Source: an uncultured Bacteroidales bacterium (GTDB taxonomy: Bacteria; Bacteroidota; Bacteroidia; Bacteroidales; JAADJA01). Taken from it: DNA of 64,000 nucleotides. The translations under genes and the position numbers were made by a program. The notes beneath the pieces are model-generated. The model ran no database searches, had not been told where the DNA came from, and was given only the letters and a program-made list of their open reading frames with translations. The stretch is from NCBI GenBank assembly GCA_963708435.1, contig CAVPSZ010000036.1, positions 17,884 to 81,883 on the forward strand, written 5' to 3'. Positions 31,096 to 39,015 of the stretch are shown in pieces (position 1 is the first letter of the stretch; every line of letters begins with the position of its first letter).

Positions 31096-31135
31096 TGGCT
31101 GAATTTTTAAAAGTAAGTAAGTTATTAACTTGTTA

Positions 31136-33274
31136 TTATTTTTTAAGCTTGAGAAGTATATACAATCCGGTGATAAAATTAATTATAGCAACAATCAATG
31201 AAACTTTTATAATCCCAAAATAAGGTATTAAGAAGGCCGCAACAATTACTGCACCGATCGCTGCCCCTAGCAGGTCAGAGGCATAGGCTGAAGAAGCAAT
31301 TCTCGAAACAGAAATATTCCGGAGTTTTGTAGATAGTGAAAACTGTATACCTGTTAAAACCCCCATACCAGTAATTAATACAATAAATATTAAATGATCA
31401 ATTAAATAGCCTAAAAAAATTGATTTCAGCAAAAATAGAACCACTGCTATGAAGATTGAATAAATCCCAATCAGATACTGGAAAAAGCTGTATGTTCTGA
31501 TGCTAAAGGAGATTTTATTAATAAGGTATACTGATCCGATCAAAAGACCAGCCATAAAAAAGGTTATAATGATCCCGAGCATTTGATAAGTATATCCATA
31601 AATTACCTGAAAAGCTATTATCAGAATTACTTCGACAGATGAAGCTGAAAACCCGGTTATAAAAACGCCAAAATTGATGAAATTCAGTTTTAAAATTGAA
31701 TAAATTATTGGGAATAAAATCAGTCCTATCAGGATAAAATAATTTATATCGAAATGACTTAACCAGTATTGCATTTGATAAAAATAAACAACGGGCCTAA
31801 AATCATAATTGATTGCCACCTCTTCAGAAATAGCATCCTCAATAATTTTACTCTCAAGGGCAATTTTTTTATCATTAAAATAATTCTTGTTTACATATTC
31901 GTTGTTAATCTTTCTGATTTCTATCAGCTCAGTGATTTCACTTGATAATCGTCCATCGGAAGCGATAAAGTAGTTTAAATCACCCCTAACGATAAGGACA
32001 TTTTCGAATAGAAGTTTTAAGGTTAAAAATACCGAGGAGTTGATTTTTCTGGATTCTTCTCCGATATAATTTGATGAAGGACTCAAACTCACCGATACAA
32101 CAGCCCGTTCGTTCAAATCTTTTTTTAATTCTTCAAAAAACTCAATTGTATAATATCGGTTGATTTGGGCATTGGAAGGATCCGGTAAATTAATTAATAC
32201 CACATCATACTTTTTTTCCTTGTTTTTTTTAAGAAATATCCTGGCGTCATTATGGATCACTTTTACTCTTGAATCATCAGGTATATTGTTTAGAAATAAT
32301 TCGCCGGCTTTAATTATTTCAGGATTCTGTTCCAGATAATCAACGGATAGAACTTTATATTTAAGTATTTCCGGAATTGTACCTCTAATTCCTCCCGAAA
32401 TCAATAAAACATTTTTAGGAGCAGGATGTTGAACCATTCCAAAATGGATACTTTCTTCTTTTGCAATGATATTATCACCTGAATACACCAAATTACCATT
32501 GTCAAAAAAATTATATTGGTTTCCTGTTCGGGTCACAACTATCTTTCCAAAAGGATTATCATTAAAATAAACAACCTCCTGGTTTGGATATAAAAATTGA
32601 ATTGATCTGTGGTCAATATTTGAAACAGCAGCCAAAATAATGGAAATTATTGATAGTACCAGCATTACGGCAGAGATCATTTTTTTACCGGACACATACA
32701 AGTTAAATATTGCAGCTGTCAGGTTCATCATCATTAAAATTATGAGGCAATTGAATGTTTCTAAAACAAAGAGCAGTAAAAAATTAAATAATAATCCACC
32801 AATGAGGCTTCCAAAGGCTTCGATAGAGTAAGCTTTATTTATTACATTTGACTTGCAATAATAGGATAATGCTGAGGCCAGTGCAGGAAATAAATAACCT
32901 GTTAGCAGGCAAAATGGTGAAAGTACAAGTAGTGAGTTGAAAAAAACAGCCGCTAGATTGATAATTTTGCCAGGAGGAAATATGATGTTTCTAAAATAAT
33001 ATGTCAGAAACAGCATAACGAAGGGTAAAATGCCCAAAAGAACATGACCGATAAACAAAACACATGATTTACTTAATGGAGCTTCAAATATTTTGCCCAT
33101 GAACGAGCCAAATCCGGTAAGAAGCATCCAGTTTGCCAGGATTATTCCGGTAACAAGTTCGTTGCCATTATAAATTGTAAGTAAATCCCTCAGAAACACA
33201 ATTTGTGTTATTATCGACGTAAAACCGAGGATAAATAATGAAAATTGAAATCTATTTTCTGATTTGACCAACAT
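31136..33274 (-). CDS. Polytopic membrane protein with a central spermidine-synthase-like (class I SAM-dependent transferase) domain
   Basis: 712 aa with about 7 N-terminal and about 5-6 C-terminal TM helices. The central domain VLLISGGIRGTIPEILKY...VDYLEQNPEII...YDVVLINLPDPSN...YTIEFFEELKK resembles SpeE. The canonical GGGDGG motif is GGIRG here. Confidence 0.7.
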   Translation of the reverse strand: MLVKSENRFQFSLFILGFTSIITQIVFLRDLLTIYNGNELVTGIILANWMLLTGFGSFMGKIFEAPLSKSCVLFIGHVLLGILPFVMLFLTYYFRNIIFPPGKIINLAAVFFNSLLVLSPFCLLTGYLFPALASALSYYCKSNVINKAYSIEAFGSLIGGLLFNFLLLFVLETFNCLIILMMMNLTAAIFNLYVSGKKMISAVMLVLSIISIILAAVSNIDHRSIQFLYPNQEVVYFNDNPFGKIVVTRTGNQYNFFDNGNLVYSGDNIIAKEESIHFGMVQHPAPKNVLLISGGIRGTIPEILKYKVLSVDYLEQNPEIIKAGELFLNNIPDDSRVKVIHNDARIFLKKNKEKKYDVVLINLPDPSNAQINRYYTIEFFEELKKDLNERAVVSVSLSPSSNYIGEESRKINSSVFLTLKLLFENVLIVRGDLNYFIASDGRLSSEITELIEIRKINNEYVNKNYFNDKKIALESKIIEDAISEEVAINYDFRPVVYFYQMQYWLSHFDINYFILIGLILFPIIYSILKLNFINFGVFITGFSASSVEVILIIAFQVIYGYTYQMLGIIITFFMAGLLIGSVYLINKISFSIRTYSFFQYLIGIYSIFIAVVLFLLKSIFLGYLIDHLIFIVLITGMGVLTGIQFSLSTKLRNISVSRIASSAYASDLLGAAIGAVIVAAFLIPYFGIIKVSLIVAIINFITGLYILLKLKK

Positions 33275-33278
33275 TTTA

Positions 33279-33286
33279 TAAATTTG
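33279..33286 (+). promoter_or_regulatory. Bacteroidota -7 box (TAAATTTG)
   Basis: A TAnnTTTG match 33 nt upstream of the Memo-AMMECR1 ATG, inside the 44-bp divergent intergenic region. Confidence 0.45.
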
Positions 33287-33318
33287 TTTGACGATTTCAA
33301 ATTTAGATAAAAAAGTAT

Positions 33319-34848
33319 ATGAAAAAATATTTCATCAAATTATTGCTTTTTTTTATGATGTGCACCTTAAGTTGTACATCACAAAACAATGAAAAAACTA
33401 AGGAGGTCAATTTAGAACATCATAACCTTAAGCCTGCATTCGCCGGTCAATTCTATCCTGCAGACAAATCCGAGCTTGAAACCACTCTTAAAAGTATGTT
33501 TGCAAAAGCAGGTAAGGGAAATACAAATAATGCATTACAGGCCATTATTGTTCCCCATGCCGGATATATTTTTTCCGGGACGACAGCTGCTTCAGCCTTC
33601 AATCAGATTGATGCGGAGAAATTGTATGAAAATGTTTTTCTCATTACCTCCAGTCATCATGAGTATTTTAAAGGAGCTTCAATTTATTTGGCGGGCAATT
33701 GTGAAACGCCACTGGGTGAGGTTGTTGTGAACCTTGAGGCTGCAAAAAAATTAGTTGAGGATAATGGCATTTTCAGTTATGTTCCTGAGGCCCATTTTTC
33801 GGAACACAGTGCCGAAGTTCAATTGCCATTTCTTCAGTACAAATTAAAAAATAGCTTTAAAATAATTCCAGTAGTAATCGGAACACAATCTAAGGACGAT
33901 TGCAGGAAGATTGCACAGGCGCTGAATCCCTGGTTTAATGAAAAGAATCTGTTTGTCATCAGTTCCGATTTCTCACATTATCCTGATTATGATAATGCTG
34001 TGATGCTTGATAACAAAATCGCTGATGCTGTAATCTCGAATAATATTGATAATTTTCTGGCAGAGTTATCTGCATCTGAAAATGGAAAGATTCAGGGATT
34101 GGTTACAAGAGCTTGCGGGTGGACCTCCATACTAACCTTGATGAACCTCACGAAAGGAAATCCCCAGTATGTCTACAACAAAATTTCCTATACAAATTCC
34201 GGGGATTCGGAATATGGTGATAAGTATAAGGTTGTAGGATATAACGCTATTGGAGTCAGTATCGATTATTGCATTCCTGATGGAAATAAATTCAACTTAT
34301 CAGTAATAGAAAAAAGGACGCTTTTGAACATAGCCAGAACAGCAATTGACCGCTATATTTGCAAGAATGCGGTTGAGGAATTATTTCCTGAAAACTATTC
34401 AGAAACCTTACGCTCAAATATGGGAGCTTTTGTTACCTTGAAGAAAGATCATAATCTCAGGGGATGTATTGGAAGATTTGATGCAAGTGAACCATTGTAT
34501 AAAGTAGTTCAGCAAATGGCCATAGCATCAGCCACCCAGGATTCCAGGTTTTTGCCCGTTAGTAAGGATGAGCTTGAAGAAATAGAAATTGAGATTTCAG
34601 TATTGACCCCATTAGAAAAAATAAACTCCATTAACCAGATTGTGTTAGGGAAACATGGTATCTACCTTGTAAAGGGGAATCGTACAGGGACATTTTTACC
34701 GCAAGTCGCTGTTGAAACCGGATGGAATCTCGAGGAATTTCTTGGTCATTGTTCAAGAGATAAAGCTGGAATAGGATGGGAGGGATGGAAAGATGCCGAA
34801 ATATTCATCTATGAAGCCAAAGTATTTAGTGAAGAAGAAATAAAATAA
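33319..34848 (+). CDS. Fused AmmeMemoRadiSam system protein B (Memo-like) and protein A (AMMECR1-like) with an N-terminal signal peptide
   Basis: The N-terminal signal is MKKYFIKLLLFFMMCTLSC. The Memo region includes PAFAGQFYP...IIVPHAGYIFSG...ISSDFSHY. The AMMECR1 region includes GAFVTLKKDHNLRGCIGRF...QDSRF. Confidence 0.85.
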   Translation: MKKYFIKLLLFFMMCTLSCTSQNNEKTKEVNLEHHNLKPAFAGQFYPADKSELETTLKSMFAKAGKGNTNNALQAIIVPHAGYIFSGTTAASAFNQIDAEKLYENVFLITSSHHEYFKGASIYLAGNCETPLGEVVVNLEAAKKLVEDNGIFSYVPEAHFSEHSAEVQLPFLQYKLKNSFKIIPVVIGTQSKDDCRKIAQALNPWFNEKNLFVISSDFSHYPDYDNAVMLDNKIADAVISNNIDNFLAELSASENGKIQGLVTRACGWTSILTLMNLTKGNPQYVYNKISYTNSGDSEYGDKYKVVGYNAIGVSIDYCIPDGNKFNLSVIEKRTLLNIARTAIDRYICKNAVEELFPENYSETLRSNMGAFVTLKKDHNLRGCIGRFDASEPLYKVVQQMAIASATQDSRFLPVSKDELEEIEIEISVLTPLEKINSINQIVLGKHGIYLVKGNRTGTFLPQVAVETGWNLEEFLGHCSRDKAGIGWEGWKDAEIFIYEAKVFSEEEIK

Positions 34849-34881
34849 TTCAGTTAAATATTCCCGTTCCCTTCTTTTGTA

Positions 34882-35826
34882 CTATGTTAACTTGTTTTCC
34901 GTCACAGGCTCATTTTTTGGGAAAATCGTAAATTCTTCCCCATATTGTTCGAGAAATTCGATGCTGAAAGCACGGAATGTATAGGTTACAGGAAGCAGTA
35001 CAACCGATCCGATGTAAGGTATTATCAGCAACAAAAATCCAATGCAACAAGTAAACAGTCCAAAGAAAACAATTGATATTGCTACCAGGATCAGCAGGAC
35101 GAAAACAAACAGAGCATACACGATAAAATCCCAGAAGTTAGAAAGCAGAACAGGAAGAAATTTCAGCCAGGCCTGATTTGTGTTTATGCGGTATTTATAC
35201 ATAATAGGAACAACAAAGTCGTTTAGGAGCATGGAAATAAATGAAATAAGAATGATAAGAACAGAGAATCCAATAATGACAAGAGCAATTGATAAGATTT
35301 TTGAGGCAAGATTATATTCTCCTGAAAAAACATCGATCATTACAGCAAAAGCTATTATCATTAAAACAATAACTAAAAAGAAACTGATCAGCCCGAAAAT
35401 GAGCCGCCAGATTAAAAGGGAATTTCCTTCCCTGCTATATTCATTCCAGGGATAAACTACTTCATCTTTATCGTTGACGACATTGAAAAGGAACATAAAC
35501 TTGCCCCTTGAACTTATCCATGTAAGGATAATCATCACGGCAATTAGAAAAAAAACACCAAGGATAATGAGAGTGAACCAAACAGGATGACCTATTAGCC
35601 AATACCAGGCAATCGCCGGCCATTCCATGACATCCTGCCATTCAGTCTCTTTAAAACTTTTATCAAGATTATAACCACCTCCGGAACCTCCCATCCCGGA
35701 CATAAGGGTAGCAAGAAAGGCAGTAAAACCAACGGTAAACCATTTTCCGATATCAAAAGGCTGGAATAAAGTACCTTTCATCCGCTTCCAGGCACCTGAC
35801 AAGGGATCGCTGTATGATATATTCAT
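34882..35826 (-). CDS. Hypothetical polytopic membrane protein
   Basis: About 314 aa from the ATG at 35826, with 5-6 TM helices and a Gly-rich loop (GMGGSGGGYN). It is co-directional with and immediately downstream of the two C25 peptidase genes. I recognise no family. Confidence 0.4.
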   Translation of the reverse strand: MNISYSDPLSGAWKRMKGTLFQPFDIGKWFTVGFTAFLATLMSGMGGSGGGYNLDKSFKETEWQDVMEWPAIAWYWLIGHPVWFTLIILGVFFLIAVMIILTWISSRGKFMFLFNVVNDKDEVVYPWNEYSREGNSLLIWRLIFGLISFFLVIVLMIIAFAVMIDVFSGEYNLASKILSIALVIIGFSVLIILISFISMLLNDFVVPIMYKYRINTNQAWLKFLPVLLSNFWDFIVYALFVFVLLILVAISIVFFGLFTCCIGFLLLIIPYIGSVVLLPVTYTFRAFSIEFLEQYGEEFTIFPKNEPVTENKLT

Positions 35827-35926
35827 GACCAAAAGTTTTTAAAGGTTAGTCGGACGAAAGTAAGAAGAAATTTTGATCAATAGATAAAAAAAATCAGGCT
35901 GCCCTTTTGTGACAGCTTGAAACTCT

Positions 35927-38890
35927 TTATTTCTTAATTATTTTTTGGTTTGTTTGATGGCCATCGGCAATGGCGCGGATTATATACAAACCCTTTTCCA
36001 AATCCGATAAATTAATTTGTCTTCGTTCTCCTTGAATACAGTTGGAAAAAGAATCAGACCTTAACTTTTCTCCTGTGATGCTATAAATTTCAATGTTAAG
36101 AGAATGAACATCCTGCTCAATTTTAATATTCAGGTCGTCTGTTACTATTGTTGGGTAGAAAATTAATAACTCCGCTTCAGTTGTAGGTTCATTTATCGCG
36201 TTGGGTGGGCCACCGACTGTAAGTTCAGAGAAATGCCCGGAAGCATCATGCGGATAGTCCAAAGCATAATAGCTGAGTTTAAGTGTGCCGTATTCTTCAT
36301 TCATTTCATAGGGTAGATTGAACATAAAGGCAAACTGGCCATTAAGAACTTCGGTTTCCAGTTCGAGCAGTATACTATCTTGAGTAATAAATTCGGTAAT
36401 AGCACTAGAAGGGTCATTACCCAAAGTGAAAACTGTATCAGCACGTTCAAATATTTTCACATGCATTGTTCCACTAAAATCGTAGATTGTGTTTCCTTCC
36501 TGGTCAGCAAGATAACCCGATACAATAACTTGTTCACCGGGATTGATAGTATCTAAGGGATTTGTAACAGGTGCTCCATTAACTGCTTCGGTAATTAATT
36601 TATATTCCGGTATTGCAAGCATCATTGAAGGATCACCAAACAAGCAATACTTCCTGTTATTTTCAAAACCACCTGCTTGCTGTTTTGCCAGTTTCAATGA
36701 TTTGCCCAACGAATACTCCGGATTATTCAAAATTATCGTGAAAAAACTTAATTGAAAAGCATGATTTGAACCTCCATAAGTAGGCCTTGTTGGTGCAATA
36801 ACTGATGATAATCCTCTGCCTTCCATCAACACAGATTTTTCAGTGAGTGAATATTTTTCAGGATCGTCAAAATGTCCAAAGTCGCATGTTGCAGTAAACA
36901 TTAAAGGATAATATTTGGTGTTTTCCCAATTTTCGAGGTCATCTTCCGTTAGAATCTTTTCATGTGCAAGCCCATTGTAAAAGCCATGTCCGATGTAGTT
37001 AATGATATTTACTCCCTTATTGATTTTATCTGATATGGCTTTGTTTACAGCCGTATATGCCGGATTACCGTTTACTAAAGTATCCTGTAAATAAGCATCT
37101 AAATAAATTTTTGAAATATTGAAAGTTCTGTCGGTTGTATCTATAACCCCTGCTAAATCTTCTGCATCATCAAAAAATATATTCCCCTCTTCATCATCTG
37201 CAATTGAAACTATTTCATTTCTCCAGTTGCCAAAGGCTGCTTCATTAGAGGAATAATGTACTATTTTTTCAATTACTGCATTTGCTTCCAGTGCAGACTT
37301 TATGGGTAGGCGGCCAATTCCAATTTTAAGCATACTGGTTTTATCAAATTCATCAAACTCACAATAAAAATCATCGGTGCAATAGGAGTTAACCGGATTC
37401 AAAGATTCTTCTGATTCCCATACTGGAACAAAATTAGTGTTGTCTTCAGTATAGTTTTTATAATCAAAAGAACCATCACCAAAAAGTAACAAGTTTTCCG
37501 GTTTTTCCCCATTTGACTTTTCAAATATATATTTTACAAAATCTCTTATCGCAGTAATGTCTTGAGCACCCGAAGAAAATTCATTGTAAATTATTTCAGG
37601 AGTGGTCACAAAAGTGGAAATACCATCATTACTTTCCCTGAAATTTGCTAATTGCTGAGCCTCAACTATGAAATCTTCGTGTGTGATTATGATCATATCA
37701 ACAGGTTCAATGGCATGTAAATTTTGATTTTCGACTTCGAATATAAATTCCGGTGAAAAGTATTGACTTCCGTCAAAAATTATAAAATCTAACAGGCTAT
37801 CGGTTTCAAGTACAAATACAGCTATTCCGTTCGAATACGTATAGTTTACAAGGGTGGGATTCAATGGGTCAGTTATGTTCCAGATATTTTTATTTCCAAT
37901 TGGTGTTGAAATTTGAAACGCAGTGACCATTCCCTGTCCGGCTGATTCTATGTCACTGAACTTCATTTGCCCGGTTTCGAAAACATTCTCCCGTTTTGCA
38001 TTAAGTGTAAAATAATTTAACCAGCCAATGGAATAATCTGTTGGTTTGTTGTAGGTGATGTTTATATTCAATGTTGGATTACCGGCATAAAAAGTTGAAG
38101 AATCCCATTTTATTTTTGCATAATCAGAATAGGTATAAAAAGGATACCCCGGCACATCAATTGATAATATTGAAAGTCCGTTGATTTCAAAATTAAAATT
38201 ACTCAATTCCGGAGATCTTGAGGCAACCTCTGTCATAAAAATAACAGGATTAGTAGTTATCAAATCAGGAAATACAATTTCATAGTTATATTCCAAGATT
38301 TCTTCAAATCGTTCGCCATACCAGTTTCTACCTGAATGAATTAAGTTTTCAAGTTCTAGCTCATGATAATAATAATCATTAAAGGATGTAGAAATGTAAG
38401 TAGGAGGGATGATTGTGGAATATTGTTCAGCAATACGTTTTCCCGGACCAATGTCAACATTGATAAAATAGTAGGTAAAGTCAGAATAAAGATTCACCTG
38501 GTGTTCAAATAAACCTGTTGGTTCATTTAAATTCCATTCGGTCGGACCCTCTCCATAGAATAAAATGTAATCATCTGGATCAAAAACCTCATCTTCCTCC
38601 CCAAAAACAAAAATGGAATTTTCCTGAAGATCGTTATACCTGAAAGCGGTTGCCAGTTCAGGAAGTATTCCATTCCCATTTCCATAAAGCCGGATGTGTT
38701 TCGGATTAATCTGACCGGGATTAATTCCATAACTCACGAGGTCGTTGTAAGTTATTTTGTGGATTCCTGTTAGTTCAACAGCAATTTTAAACCAGTTTCC
38801 TGTTGATAAAACTGAATTCTGGGCAAACATTGTTGTACCCCCAAGCAGGAGAAACATTATTCCTGCAAATAACCTGATGCTTTTCTTCAT
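35927..38890 (-). CDS. PorU-like gingipain-family (C25) cysteine peptidase with a T9SS C-terminal domain, paralog 1
   Basis: 987 aa. The PorU-type N-terminus is NSVLSTGNWFKIAVELTGIHKITYNDLVSYGINPGQINPKHIRLYGNGNGILPE. The catalytic His and Cys contexts are NYIGHGFYN and MFTATCDFGHFD. The CTD is LNIEIYSITGEKL...GLYIIRAIADG. Confidence 0.75.
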   Translation of the reverse strand: MKKSIRLFAGIMFLLLGGTTMFAQNSVLSTGNWFKIAVELTGIHKITYNDLVSYGINPGQINPKHIRLYGNGNGILPELATAFRYNDLQENSIFVFGEEDEVFDPDDYILFYGEGPTEWNLNEPTGLFEHQVNLYSDFTYYFINVDIGPGKRIAEQYSTIIPPTYISTSFNDYYYHELELENLIHSGRNWYGERFEEILEYNYEIVFPDLITTNPVIFMTEVASRSPELSNFNFEINGLSILSIDVPGYPFYTYSDYAKIKWDSSTFYAGNPTLNINITYNKPTDYSIGWLNYFTLNAKRENVFETGQMKFSDIESAGQGMVTAFQISTPIGNKNIWNITDPLNPTLVNYTYSNGIAVFVLETDSLLDFIIFDGSQYFSPEFIFEVENQNLHAIEPVDMIIITHEDFIVEAQQLANFRESNDGISTFVTTPEIIYNEFSSGAQDITAIRDFVKYIFEKSNGEKPENLLLFGDGSFDYKNYTEDNTNFVPVWESEESLNPVNSYCTDDFYCEFDEFDKTSMLKIGIGRLPIKSALEANAVIEKIVHYSSNEAAFGNWRNEIVSIADDEEGNIFFDDAEDLAGVIDTTDRTFNISKIYLDAYLQDTLVNGNPAYTAVNKAISDKINKGVNIINYIGHGFYNGLAHEKILTEDDLENWENTKYYPLMFTATCDFGHFDDPEKYSLTEKSVLMEGRGLSSVIAPTRPTYGGSNHAFQLSFFTIILNNPEYSLGKSLKLAKQQAGGFENNRKYCLFGDPSMMLAIPEYKLITEAVNGAPVTNPLDTINPGEQVIVSGYLADQEGNTIYDFSGTMHVKIFERADTVFTLGNDPSSAITEFITQDSILLELETEVLNGQFAFMFNLPYEMNEEYGTLKLSYYALDYPHDASGHFSELTVGGPPNAINEPTTEAELLIFYPTIVTDDLNIKIEQDVHSLNIEIYSITGEKLRSDSFSNCIQGERRQINLSDLEKGLYIIRAIADGHQTNQKIIKK

Positions 38891-39015
38891 GTCGAAAAAA
38901 TTTAAAGTTAGTATTAAGATGCAGGGTAAATTTTATCCTATAAAATTACATGAATTATTTGAATTGAGTCTTTATTGAATTAAATTGCTGTAAAATCAAG
39001 TTATATCTAAGGTTG

